From Octopus sinensis (Eukaryota): a stretch of DNA of 64,000 bases. The stretch is taken from contig NC_043015.1 of the NCBI RefSeq assembly GCF_006345805.1, positions 21,018,001 to 21,082,000 on the forward strand, written 5' to 3'. The notes beneath the pieces were generated by a model. That model did not search any database and was not told the origin of the DNA. It saw only the letters and a list, made by a program, of their open reading frames with translations. The stretch's first letter is position 1. Every line of letters starts with the position of its first letter. Both the position numbers and the translations under genes were made by a program. Shown piece by piece: positions 1-13,270 of this stretch.

Positions 1-9
1 ATGATGCAT

Positions 10-265
10 AATAAATGCTTAGGCCATTCGAATTGCTATCCCAATGCATTGGGTTCGAACCCGCTATGTGGTACGTTAGTACTACAGGCTCAGTTAGACT
101 TGCGTATTATAAATAAAATTGAATCCACGGAAAATAAACAGAAGACCGTCAAGTAAATTACCCTCTGTTGTAAACAGCCTCGCACTAATTCTCCTTCAGG
201 CTTATGTTAAGCGTACACGTGTCTACGAAATACTCAGCCACCTGTACGCTAACTCAATGAACAGC
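10..265 (+). mobile_element. Degenerate SINE, family C
   Basis: tRNA-like B-box (GGGTTCGAACCC, ~51-62) and the body motif 'gtacacgtgtctacgaaatactcagccacctgtacg', which matches the better copies at 32040 and 35683. Confidence 0.5.
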
Positions 266-1596
266 TATACATTGACGAAAAAACTGAAAACATCGCCGAA
301 GTCATCAGAGAAAAATTTCACATTTTGTGTATGTGCGTGTGCGTGTGTGTGCATGGTATATGTGTGTGTGTTTAGAAGTGTCATGGAGGAAATGGATAGC
401 AGGTGTCTTGGAATCTGTCAAATGTACATGTTCTTTACAAGGTTACTGTATTGCAATGTGCCAACAGCAGACAACGCTTCTGTGTGTGTATGCGTGTTTG
501 CAGGATTAATTGGGAGAGTAGAAGGAGAAGTAGTATCAGTAGTAAGAGCAGCTGTGGTGTTAGTAGTAATGTGTTTGTACAACGTTCGCAACCAAACGCA
601 TATACACAGGGGGAGAGAGGGGGAAGAGAGGGGGAAGAGAGAGAGGAGAAGAGAGAGAGATGAAGAGAGAGAGAAATGGATATGGGAGGGATAGCTAGCT
701 AGCTAAATAGAGAGCTGGACTGCCAGACAAAGAAACGCAATAGTGGAAGCCAATCGCACTCTTGGCAAAATAAAATGACATAAACATGAATATATCTTGA
801 TTTGTAAAGCCAACAGGTGAAAATCACAGACAGCTTCTTGTATTCAGAATTCTTCATTGGAGTATAGTTTACTTTCTTGGCAAGACTCGTAGTGATCAAT
901 ATAGTTCGAAGGAGGATATATAATGATGCTGAATATTAACGTCAGCAAAAATGCCTTGGGACGAACGTTTTACGCACTGAAAACTCACACATACAGTTGG
1001 TAGTTTACGTATGTAAGTGGTTAAAACATTCTCTATTAACTAAAATAGGAATAGATTTCTGCAGGCTACGTTCAGATTCTATTGAGGTCAAATTTGCCTT
1101 TCATACTTCCGGGAGTCAATGAATATGCACGAATCAAGAGTAGCCGTTTAGTGGAATAGTAAAACCTTCGGCCTGGATACCTGATTACTTTTGTTGCAAT
1201 TCCTTGTGTTCGGAATTGGAATCTGGTCGTGGCCTTCTCTGGTGGTAAACATTTTGGTGTTCAGGTTTGATGCTTTCTGGTAACTCTAAAACATGAGTCC
1301 CTATCAACAGTCAGTAAGACTCTCGCCTGAATTGAAACCTCAAAGTTAATCTCAAGCTTTTCTTCGTTTAAAATACACAGGATACTTTTGCGTGAACGTG
1401 TTGAGTGAATCATCGAATAATATTTGATGTTCTATGTAAACATTTCATATATATATATACATTCTACGGACTCTATGGAAGGCCTGAAGTATATCTCGTA
1501 GCGTGTGTATTTCTACTGTATGATGACATCAGATAGCCAATAACTGTGAACGAGATTTGCACTGCTTTCTACAAGGCTTTACCCCGAATATAACTA

Positions 1597-1844
1597 CTGG
1601 GTTGGTGTATAATTATTGCGGTTTTTCTTCAACAAATTTTATTCAACAGAAACAACAATATTTAACAAAAACATCTTTAAATGACAGTCTGGCCGCCTGC
1701 CAAGCAAATGAGAAGCAGTAATTGAAGTAGATGGTGAATATGCTCCGGAATAATCATTTAAAGATGTTTTTGCTACATGTTGTTAGTGTTTTTGTTGAAT
1801 AAAATTTATTGAAAAAACGCCGCAATAATTATGCACCAATCCAA
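1597..1844 (+). mobile_element. Mariner-derived MITE (internally deleted)
   Basis: TA flanks at 1595-96 and 1845-46; TIR CTGGGTTGGTGTATAATTATTGCGG / CCGCAATAATTATGCACCAATCCAA with imperfect arms of ~90 bp; the centre encodes a mariner-like C-terminus (RLPSK*EAVIEVDGEYAPE*). Confidence 0.85.
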
Positions 1845-2012
1845 TATATATATACATCGTTTTACGCTAAGAAGCGGTGCACGTTATCAGAATTTTCGAC
1901 TCGAGTCAAATATTTCAAACTACTCCGAGACGTTGTTAAAGTATTTGCAGAAGTGGAGTCAAGACCGGCCAGTTTATTACAACTGTGTGTGTATGTGCGC
2001 GCGCGTGTGTGT

Positions 2013-2046
<34 letters not shown>

Positions 2047-3214
2047 GAGAGAGAAAGAGAGAGTGAGAGAGAGAAAGAGAGAGAGTATATGTATGTGATG
2101 CGCGCGTGTGTATGTGCGTGTATGTGTGTGTGTTTATATTACATACACACGTACACGCCACATATAAAGAGAGGAAGAGAGACAAATGGAAAGAAAGGAA
2201 AAAATGACATGGGTTACATAAGGAGACATATAGCTACATAGAAACTAGATACGAATATAGGCATTTATGCCAACACAAAGACCATCAAAACCATATATTA
2301 CATCTGATAAAACATTACAAAAATACATCCTTAGTCAAAATGGCCGCAGTCTCAATGACTAAAACCAATACAAAAATAAATAAAATAAGCCAAAACTGCT
2401 TACTGTGTTTTCTATTGATGACCTTCAAGTAATGGTGGTTTTAATGTTGATGGTAATGCGGTGCTGTCGGGTGAGGAGTTGTATATACGCACAAATGTAG
2501 CTACATGCATATATATCTATATACACACACTTAATCGACTACATACCACGCATTTTTCTCACGCGCCCACAAAATGTATGCATAAGTTACACGATCACAC
2601 TCATGTATATGAGTGAACATTATATATATATATATATGTATGTATGTGTGTATGTATGTATGTATGTATGTGTGTATGTATGTATATACATACACAATCA
2701 CGTACAGAGTTGTTTAAGAGCTGTCAACGAATTAGTTGTAGTGTACATTATTCATACGGTCGAATGGACATACCAATGTGCTTGCTTAGACGTCTCCTCC
2801 GTAATTTCGAACACCTATTCCAAGCATGACCATCGCATAGTTTTGTGTATCTTGGACTACATCATCTACCATATTCATCCTCCTTTTAGATATGGTAGCG
2901 TTTGAGTAAAAAAAAATTGGCTGCTATTTCTATGGTAGTTGCTTACACCCAAGAAGCTCTCAGGCTGCTCGTTATAAATTAGATCGCCGCTATTGACCAC
3001 TGTATATTACTGGTATGTTATTTAGTGATTGCTCCCTCAGATGGAAGGTAATGTGTATGTTTCAGTTGGGTGGTACAGCCACCACCACCACCCTATCGCA
3101 AGTAACAACTAACTCTTCACCCCCTCACTAATTACTATACCATGATATCAACCACCACCACCCATCCACCAATCATCATCATCAGTGCCAATACTGAGTA
3201 AACTAGAGTACCTC

Positions 3215-3395
3215 TACCATGTTGGATCAACCTTAGAGAAATAGCAGCTAAATCGTCCACATATCACCACACACCATTAGCATAATATGAATCTGAAAAC
3301 GTTGTGGGTTAGAAAATAGACGCGATGGTGGCGACTGAGATTATTTTGAGCTTGAATGTGCTTGATCAGGATTGACCTGGGGCTAAACAACAACA
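3215..3395 (+). mobile_element. Degenerate interspersed repeat, family E
   Basis: Motifs GAAATAGCAGCTAAAT and GACCTGGGGCTAAACAACAAC recur in degenerate form near 26470, 26820, 34160 and 63310, and in reverse near 2920. Confidence 0.5.
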
Positions 3396-3564
3396 GTGCT
3401 ACTACTGTTACTGATCCCTGCAAATATACCATCAGTAAACACCATCAGTCTTACTGTCATCACCAGCTTCACAACCATCCCTAACACCAACATAGAAAAA
3501 CATCTTAAAAACCATCGCTACTAACCAAAAACAACTCCAGCTCCATCAGTACCAATAACAACTA

Positions 3565-3750
3565 GTGAAGGTGCAATGGCCCAGTGGTTAGGGCAGCGGA
3601 TTCACGGTCGTAAGAACGCGGTTTCGATTCCCAGACCGGGCATTGTGAGTGTTTATTGAGCAAACAATCCTAAGCTCCACGAGGCTCCGGCGGTGGAGGG
3701 TGGTGAACCCCGCTGTACTCTTTCACAACTTTGTCTCACTCTTTCTTCCT
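3565..3750 (+). mobile_element. tRNA-derived SINE 5' part (family C-like head)
   Basis: A-box TGGCCCAGTGGTTAGG and B-box GGTTTCGATTCC; the body diverges from other copies after ~3750. Confidence 0.75.
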
Positions 3751-4029
3751 ACTTCTTCCACAGAGCAGAGGAACCATGGTGTAAGCCATTATGGTGTGGT
3801 AAACTTTCAGACCTTAGTATAGATTGTGAATCATCTGTACCCCAGGATGGTTCTGCTCTCTACCCGTTAAAAGCCACCGTTTACGGATTGAGGATAACAA
3901 CGTAGCTTTCGCGAACGTGTAACCGCCAGTCTATCGCGTGTGGTGGGAATGCCACGCGCATTCTTAGTAGCTTAGAGTAGGCTCGAATTAGAGATTATTC
4001 TTTGTTGCTAATGGCCTGAGTCCTGCTTG

Positions 4030-4091
4030 GAAGAAGAAGAAGAAAGAAGAAGAAGAAGAAGAAGAAGAAGAAGAAGAAGAAGAAGAAGAAG
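4030..4091 (+). repeat. (GAA)n microsatellite / putative retroposon tail
   Basis: About 20 GAA units, directly visible. Confidence 0.95.
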
Positions 4092-4534
4092 ACAACTCCA
4101 GCACTATCCGTGTCACCACCAACAACAACTTGAGCACCATCCGTGCCACCAAAAAGAACAACTGCAGGGCCATCACTGCTACCAATACAACCGTTAGTAC
4201 TTTCATTGATGCCATCGAGAGGTAGTTCCCGAAATGGTGCGCATTCTCTCCTGGCGACCTCATACACTTGCTGGCTCCGGTATGCGGAGTTCTCGAATGG
4301 TAGCACTTGCGTGTGCAAGTTGATTGCAAAGCACCTAGACACACAACTAGTGTCCTTTAATATGCGACTATTTTTATGGCAACACTACTAGTGCTTTAAG
4401 CGTCACCACTACCACCGTTTCTATGGTTACAACACGAGTGTTTTTTGCATCACTACGACTGTCATAATTACAACCACCACCAACACAATCGTTAACAGTA
4501 GCGCTACTACATCATTTATCAACTAGTGGGCATT

Positions 4535-4779
4535 ATTGCTTCGAGTCCTAAGACTCATACAACAGGTCTTCAAGGCGTTTACGTGATCGAGTCACAACAG
4601 ACCCCCGAGAACGGGACGCCAGTCCTTCACAGATTATCCGTTTACAGCTGAGCGCACTGGGCCAACGTGAAAGGAAGTATTTGGCTAAAAAACAAAAAGC
4701 ACTGTCCAGTTCGGGAAAAGAAACCATGTTGTTGGAATTGTGAGTTGAACGCCCTAACCATTAGGCCACCGGCCTTCAC
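4535..4779 (-). mobile_element. tRNA-derived SINE, family D
   Basis: Reverse complement starts GTGAAGGCCGGTGGCCTAATGGTTAGGGCG (A-box) and contains GGACTGGCGTCCCG, reminiscent of a V/Meta-type SINE central domain (assignment not verified). Confidence 0.65.
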
Positions 4780-5300
4780 GTAGCTTTATTTCCCACAGGT
4801 GGAAAAAAAAACACTTATGATTGTGCTTACAGACATCAGTGCCATTACGACAGTTAACACCATAGCCTCCTTTACTACCAACTCCTGCCACCCTCTCTCT
4901 TCCAACCGCAAATTAGTACACCACCGACGCCGCCGCCAACGCCAACGCCAACGTCACAACTGTCGCCAGTCCCCCACACCATCGACTCTACCAGAACTAA
5001 TATTGCCGAATCTTTTACTGCGAAGTTGGTAATTAGTCAGACTAAATGAAAACATGGGATGAGAGTGGGGTGAGGTGGGCGAAGGCAGAGGATATTTAAT
5101 TTTAACAATTTATGTGTGTGTGTTTATATATGTGTGTATGTGCTGGCATATGTGCTAGTGCGCATACACACACACACACACACAAACCGTATGAATGTCT
5201 TGTTCACACTGTGCTTTACCGAATGATGACATTGTTATTGCTGAACTGTGAAGAATTATCTTTTGGCTGGTATGTTTTAATTAATTCGACAGCATATATA

Positions 5301-5378
<78 letters not shown>

Positions 5379-5432
5379 CGTGTGTGAGAGAGAGTGAGGG
5401 AGAGAGAGAGAGAAGGGGAAAATTTTAGGTCA

Positions 5433-5797
5433 GTTAAAATGTCTGTGACATATTTTAACTTCTAAATACAAATTCACTATACAAAATATCCCTTATGGTA
5501 AAATGTACAAAAACACTAGCGGCTCAGTGCTTCCCTCTAGCGGATTTCTAGAGGTGAGTTTTTGGCAAATTGAATCTGACCAAGGTTATCTCACTTCGAT
5601 ATTCCCCATTGAGAAAGGCTAAAGAGCCAGAAGCTTGCATCAGAGAATCCGATTAACGGAAGCACTGGGCACAAAGGGTATTTTCACATCTTTTACCACA
5701 AGAGAGAAATTCTTTGCCACAGTAACTACAGTAAATTTGTCTTTAAAAGTTAAAATATGTCCCAAAGAGATTTTAACATATTTTAACCTGAAGTTCG
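5433..5797. mobile_element. MITE with long imperfect TIRs (unclassified)
   Basis: Left GTTAAAATGTCTGTGACATATTTTAACTTCTAAA pairs with right TTTAAAAGTTAAAATATGTCCCAAAGAGATTTTAAC; inner arms CTCAGTGCTTCCCTCTAGCGGATT / AATCCGATTAACGGAAGCACTGGG; homologous to 48051-48662. Confidence 0.7.
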
Positions 5798-5899
5798 TTT
5801 GTTCTTCATAACTGCTTGGCGCTGACATTGCTATTTTTGCTCTGATGTTGACTTTTTTCATATTTCTATTTTTATTGATAAACCTACGGCTTTGAATCT

Positions 5900-6030
5900 G
5901 CTCTCTTCGGTATATCCCACTGAGGAAGGCTAAAGAACCAGAAATGCGCATCTGAGAATCCAAAAGGGGGAAGCACTGTACAGATATGGCGTTTTTACTG
6001 TTGCAGCGGACGTTTTCTCCATTGTAACTG
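5900..6030. mobile_element. Partial extra copy of the long-TIR MITE inner arm
   Basis: CCACTGAGGAAGGCTAAAGAACCAGAA...GAGAATCC...GGAAGCACTG repeats 5605-5668 and 48486-48545. Confidence 0.65.
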
Positions 6031-6118
6031 AATGTGTGGTGCATGAAGCAAAATAAATACGAAAACATGTAAATATGTAAAACACCGAACAAAATACATT
6101 GAGACACACAAACACACA

Positions 6119-6828
<710 letters not shown>

Positions 6829-6938
6829 ATATATATATATGCTATCAATGGAACTTTGATGGAAGTACACATATATGTGGGCATCTAATGTATATATGTA
6901 AATAAAATTTGTATGGGTGCGCTGTGTGTATGTATATA

Positions 6939-6983
<45 letters not shown>

Positions 6984-7689
6984 GTATGTAAAAGTTTAAA
7001 AAACATATATATATATATGTATATATATATATGGGGTGGGGCTGATGTGTATATGCATAATGCATATGGATGTAAGTGTGTATGTTGATACGCACGTGCA
7101 AATAATTGTATTAATCAAGACCTGTTAATCCATCTGTCACTTCAAGTTTCATAGAATCCTGTTTTAACACTGAACATCAATCATCAGGCAGCAAAACGTC
7201 AGAAACGAAGTGAGAATTCTTGGACTACTTCAGTTATGGGCATAAAAAGCAACGTGGGAATGAATTCACTTGTTTTCGTATACCAAGTCATTACAAGTGG
7301 AGTCCCCGGTAACTGACAATCTAACCATATTAAGTCTTGGTAGCTTCTTTTTTCGTCTCCTTAATTGGTCCAAGCGGAAGTGAATAAAATTATTCTCTAT
7401 TCATGAAGATAAATGCTTGATATTCATCAGGCGTCTATATGTTATCCATATGTGTCATTGGCTTACAAAGAATGCGTAAGAGAGGCAATGCCATGGGGGC
7501 CCCTTTACAACTTCTTCAAGCGTAGAGGGGCTCCACCCAAAGTGAAAATGTTCTTATTTCACAATAATTTCAATTCGTAAATAATATAATATCAATTTGT
7601 GGCACTGTTCGCTTTCGTAGCTCCTATTGTCCGCACATGTCATCATGTTTTCCTAGAAATTATAGTAGCTGTCCAGTATTGCGAGATTT

Positions 7690-7860
7690 TTGCAAAGAAT
7701 CCTCAAAACCAGTTCCTTCGCCTTCGAAATACAAATCCGACAATGCTACAATTATTTTATAGTTGTATTTTCTTCAGTTTCTGTTTTGATTTCACACCTT
7801 ATCTTGGTTCCATCAAAACAGACTCAACAGGCCAGTTACAAACTTCAGACTTATAATTTC
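7690..7860 (+). mobile_element. Possible decayed LINE (Rex1/L2-like) RT C-terminal fragment
   Basis: The frame reads KNPQNQFLRLRNTNPTMLQLFYSCIFFSFCF...YLGSIKTDSTGQLQ, loosely resembling the 'LYFLRKLRSF...ILTLFY..IES.L.F' region of Rex1-type RTs; judged by eye only. Confidence 0.25.
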
Positions 7861-8292
7861 TCACATGCTGCTTATAGTCTTTCGAAAAACTAATCTGGGA
7901 TATAAAGAAATGTAATGCAGTTTATACAATCCAATTAACATATCTATACGTGTTGGATTAAAACCATTTATAACATGCCACAGTCTTTTCATATAAAGTA
8001 TCGATCTGACGGACAATGGCAAGATTAAGTGATTTTATGATTAATTACTTTCATGACTTCAAAACTAAAAGTATAAGACATTCCAATCATGAGCAAGAAT
8101 GAAATCTTGGTGAAATGTGGTATTTCAAAATGTCGCAATTTTCTGTCCGTTTTGATATTTTTTGGCTGCCAGTCGTCATACGCAGGCAGTACTTTAGAAC
8201 TAAATCGCATATATGTACGTACGACACACACAATCACACACACACACATAAATTAGAATAGTATATTTCTAAGTCCTCAGATGTGTAGATAA

Positions 8293-8326
<34 letters not shown>

Positions 8327-8960
8327 GCATATAAACACATACACACACATATTTATATATATACACACAAACACACATATATACACACACAAACACACAT
8401 ACATACACAAAGATACAGTGAGAGAGAGAGAGATAACTAGATATGCTAAAACGACACAAGGGAACAGTGAGAATAGAGAACAGTCACATGATCATATCAC
8501 ACACACACACACACACGCATTCAAAGACATCCGAGCAAACAAACAGAACAGCGACTGTAGTGCCACACAGGTAAACGCAATAAGGATTCGAGTGGAACTC
8601 ACAAAAATCACATATAAACATGCATACACACAACAGAAGGCGAGACACACTATTATTATTATTATTGTTGTTGTTATGTTTACTACTCTTGTAGTAACCT
8701 ATTGATCTTGATACAATCAATTTTTATTTGTTTAGTCTTTTGCTGTGCTTACATCTAAGAGTTTGTGATGTGTGTGCGTGTGTGTGTGTGTATTTACACA
8801 AACACACTTGCAGATAGACGCACACACTCATCTATACATGTATACATACATAGATGCAGACACAGAAATATATGAATATACATACACAGATGCATAGACG
8901 TATATACATACACGCACACACAAATATGTACATGCACGTCGCTGCGCAGATACATCCGTG

Positions 8961-9005
<45 letters not shown>

Positions 9006-9191
9006 TATATATGTGTGTGTGTGTGTGTATGTATATACGCGACATCTAAGACAGATGTTGCCAGCGACAGATACATACATGCGTATATACACGTGTATAT
9101 GTGTATATATATATGCGTATATACTAGTGTGTGTATGTGTAAGAATTTCCCAATATGTACTTTTCCTTTGTTTCGTTATATTCATATCACA

Positions 9192-9244
<53 letters not shown>

Positions 9245-9764
9245 ACACGTGCAGAATCCTGTCTCTTTCATATCCTTTGAATGGCTAATATATTCTTCAT
9301 AGCCACATATTTACATTTATACAACCAACACTGAAGACTTTGACAAGGAATACCACACACGGAACCAGACTCCCATAATGCACAAGTAGATAACAAAATT
9401 CGTCTTTTATTTCACAAGCCACAATCACTTCCATCTATCAATTTCTATTTTACGTTTTTTATATTTTGTAAAATATTTTATATACACCTTTTCCTTTATC
9501 TATATTTGTGTAATTTCCACTAACAAAAGTTCAGCTGATGACTGCCTTGTATCTCACAGAAGTATGTACACCTCTAAAAATTTTCAGTAAAATTTCCATT
9601 ACTCTGATAATATCGGAGGAAATCAAACGAAATTCATACTGAATAAAATATATTATACATGCAACCATTTTACAAATTTGGAAAACATTTTCAAAGATAT
9701 GAACGAAATATTAAATTTCAAACCATACAAAAATATGTACACCCTAAAGGATTATTTGCTATAT

Positions 9765-10650
9765 TCAATATTTGGTGCGAGGACCTTGCATTAAATGACT
9801 GCTTTAAGTCTTCTGGACATAGAGTCGACCAAACTGAAAGCATATTACTGATGAAATCGACCTCCATTCACCCTCAATGAAGTATTTCAACTGTGTTACA
9901 TTGTGGGTATTTTTCTCCTCAATCTTCCTTTTCAAAACAGATAGTTATTGGGTTTAATTTTCGTGACATGGTAAGCCAAGGCAATACCTTTACCATTTTA
10001 TCTAATAAAAACTGAGTCGTCATCTTTGAAATGTGGTTACGGTCATTATCATGTTGGAACACAGGAATGTTTTCCTAGTTCCTTGATGTTTTTCAACATT
10101 GTTTTTTGAAATATGTCACAAGAAAGCCTTGAATCCATTGTACTCTCAATAAATGTGAGTACAGCTACATTCATGCATCCCTAAAGCATAACACTTCCTC
10201 CGCCGTACTTTACGTTAGGCACGGTGTATTTGTTGCTATTATCTTATGGTTGTCGCTGTACTCGTTTAATACCATCTGACTCAAACAAGATTTTAGTCTC
10301 ATCTGAAAAAGGAATTTTATTCCAAAACACCTTCTCCTTATTCATTCATATAGGTTTCGGCAAAAGAAAGACGATTTGATTTAAGTCTGGTAGTGAGGAG
10401 AGGCTTTCTACGAGGAATGCATCCATGAAGACCGCATCGGTTCAAACTTCGGCGAACTGTTTCCACTAACGGAAGACACTTCTTGGGCCAAAGTTGAAGC
10501 GGTACGATGTCTATCGTCCATCACGCAACGCTGGAGGTGGTGAATATCATGCACAGTTAAAATACAACGACCTCGTAGATGTGTTTTGCTTAGCCGTCCT
10601 GTAGCATTGTACTTCTGAATTGCTTTGGCGACTGTGTTTACGCTAATATG
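9765..10650 (-). mobile_element. Tc1/mariner-superfamily (Tc1-type) transposase pseudogene
   Basis: Minus-strand translation across stops and frameshifts gives ISVNTVAKAIQKYNATG, VRRSLNRCGLHGCIPRRKPLL, FSDETK, VKYGGGSVML*GC, VFQHDNDRNH, SRKLNPI, LVDSMSRRLKAVI; 5'-truncated at a TA-rich stretch. Confidence 0.9.
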
Positions 10651-12589
10651 TATATATACATATACAGTGAGGTGTATGTATGGGACAATACGAGTACAGA
10701 AGCGGAGCTCAAATAGTCATCTTTTTTTTTTCAAATTTAATTTGCTGAAGTTACAAATTGTCTTCACAGCTAAGATTTCGTGCATTGATACTTATCGAAG
10801 TCTGATAAGTTCCAATACATGAAACTCTCGTGCATCGGAATTTCTGATTAAATTATAAATGTGTGTGTGTATGTGTGTATATATGTGTGTGTTGCAGAGA
10901 AAGAGAGAGGGCGAGAGAGAAAAGAGATCTCGTTGACTGTTAGAGTCAGTTAAAAGCATCGTAAAGAAAATTTGCATTCGTCTTTTACAATTCCATAAAT
11001 AAAGAATCCAACTTGCCCTGGCGGTAGATTCTTCTCTATTTCTGACTCGTTCTATCTTTCTGTCTATTTTCGTGAAGTAAACGATTCTACCAATATCTGG
11101 AAAGTAATGGCCACTGCAAGGTTAAAAAAATTTCCAAGATGCGCCAGAAGTCTATTCCTACTGGATACTATAGACATCTTTCAAAAAATTGGGTTGTTTC
11201 TCGATCCTTTCCTCTCTTTCAAAAAGGTCAACCGGCCGTGATTTGAAGCTTGATATTCCAGAATTTTATTTAACGGTTTCTTGTTTAGTGTCACATTAGA
11301 AGAACACGTGTCTATTTTTTTTTTTGACACATTTTCTCTTAGACTCCCAATATAAATGTCACCTGAACTGATCCATACATATGGAATACAAGAAAGCGTG
11401 AAACAACTGTGTCAGTCGCTTGAAAACGGGTACGTGAAACACCAATAAGTATAACTCATGGAGAACTGACTTTTCATATAGCAAATGTTAATATCGAACA
11501 GTATTGAGTTCATTCTTTCGTTAACTTGCATAAACAATATCTATCTATCTATATATACATATATATATATATATATTATGCATACATGAACAAAGGAACA
11601 CGTCTACAAACATACACCACACATAATCAGACGTGCGTACAATAGGAACCTAGACGAAAAACCTGCGTGCACCCTATAAATAGCTGGAGACATTCATGAG
11701 AAATGGAGCAGACTTTGTAAAATAACAGAGTAGCGCCGACACAGCTCATTGTTTTATAACGTATTGATTAAAAGACGGAAGAATAACAGAATATAAGAGA
11801 GTCTAGTTCTGTTTGACAGAAGCGGATGTGACTTTGTTTAGTTTACTCTGAATTACTTACACACACATGCACACACACACATAAATATACACATTACGCG
11901 GTAGAGAGGTAGGGTCCTCAGAGAAACGTGGTGATGGAGAGATAATTTATATATGTTCTCAAATACATACATACATATAGCTCTTAAATATCTGATACAA
12001 ATATATTTACACACACATGTATTACGTATATGTATATATACATTTAAGTTTAAAATCTCATGCATAGATATGTATATAAATCAACTATATATGTATAAAT
12101 ATATATCTAATTTTTCCTATGTTTTCTCACCATGTGTATGTTTCTGAAGGTGCACGCGTGCATACACAGACATACATACATATATGCATTCATAACACAC
12201 ACACATTATATATATATATATAAACCGATACAATCTTAGAAATACACTAGCAAGTCAGTGCACCGGCGTGTATTTATGTTTGCTGTACTTCGACAATAAA
12301 TTACGATGAAGGTGGAGGACAGAAGGAAATGGGGGAAAAAAGGGAAACAAACTAAAAGAAAGCACAATAGAAGCCAAAGATAAACAATCAGACAAGAAAA
12401 GGTAACTGCGTCACACAAAAGACGCATGCGTCATTTTGCTGTCATGAGAACCAATCATGTCCGTCCGTCCGTGTGTTTATATATATATATATTATTGTGT
12501 GTGTTTGGTTCTTTGTGTGAGAGCGTTGAGCTGGCTGTGATAGATGTCACAACAATGCGAAGTGAAAAGTCTGTCATTAATGACACGTA

Positions 12590-12649
12590 GAATGAGGAGA
12601 GGAAGGAGGTGACATTACACAAGAAGTAGAAGAATTTACCAGAGCAACA

Positions 12650-12681
<32 letters not shown>

Positions 12682-12901
12682 GGAGAGAGAGCAGCAATAA
12701 GAAGACTATGAAATCTATATATAAAATAAGGAATAATTATGGGAGAACGGAAGAGAAGGGTAGGATGGGAGAGAAGATAAATAAGAGGGAGAGACGGAAA
12801 AGGGGGAAGATGGAGATTTGAGAGAAAAAAGAGAGAGGAAGTGAGAGAGAGCGTAAGCAAGAGAGAGGGAGAGGAAGGGAGCTAGAAAGAAGAGAGGAAG
12901 C

Positions 12902-12958
<57 letters not shown>

Positions 12959-13270
12959 TGAAGTGCGCGGGGGAGCGAGAATGGAAAGTAGAGCAGGAAT
13001 GGAGAGAAAAAGAAAATAAATGAAGAGAGAGAGAAGGAGGAGTAAAGGAGGCAGAGTGTGAAGGAGAGAGAGAATGTGAAGGAGAGAGAGAGAGTGTGTG
13101 TGGAGGAGAGAGAGAGAGTGAAGGAGAGAGAGAGTGTGTGTGAAGGAGAGAGAGAGTGTGAAGGAGAGAGAGAGTGTGAAGGAGAGAGAGAGTGAAGGAG
13201 AGAGAGTGAGTGAAGGAGAGAGAGAGAGTGTGAAGGAGAGAATGCGAGAGGAAAATAAGAGGAAGAGAAG
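12590..13270 (+). repeat. Polypurine (GA-rich) tract with an embedded GTGAAGGAGAGAGAGA minisatellite
   Basis: About 680 bp of nearly pure A/G; roughly eleven variable-length GTGAAGG(AG)n units at 13053-13242. Confidence 0.9.

Noticed and set aside
3565-3640. tRNA gene calls at SINE heads (also 32040, 35683, 36303)
   Set aside because: A- and B-boxes are present but there is no clean cloverleaf, and each continues into a SINE body.
11674-11681. TATAAATA box with downstream CATTC
   Set aside because: Common by chance in AT-rich DNA; no downstream exon or ORF.
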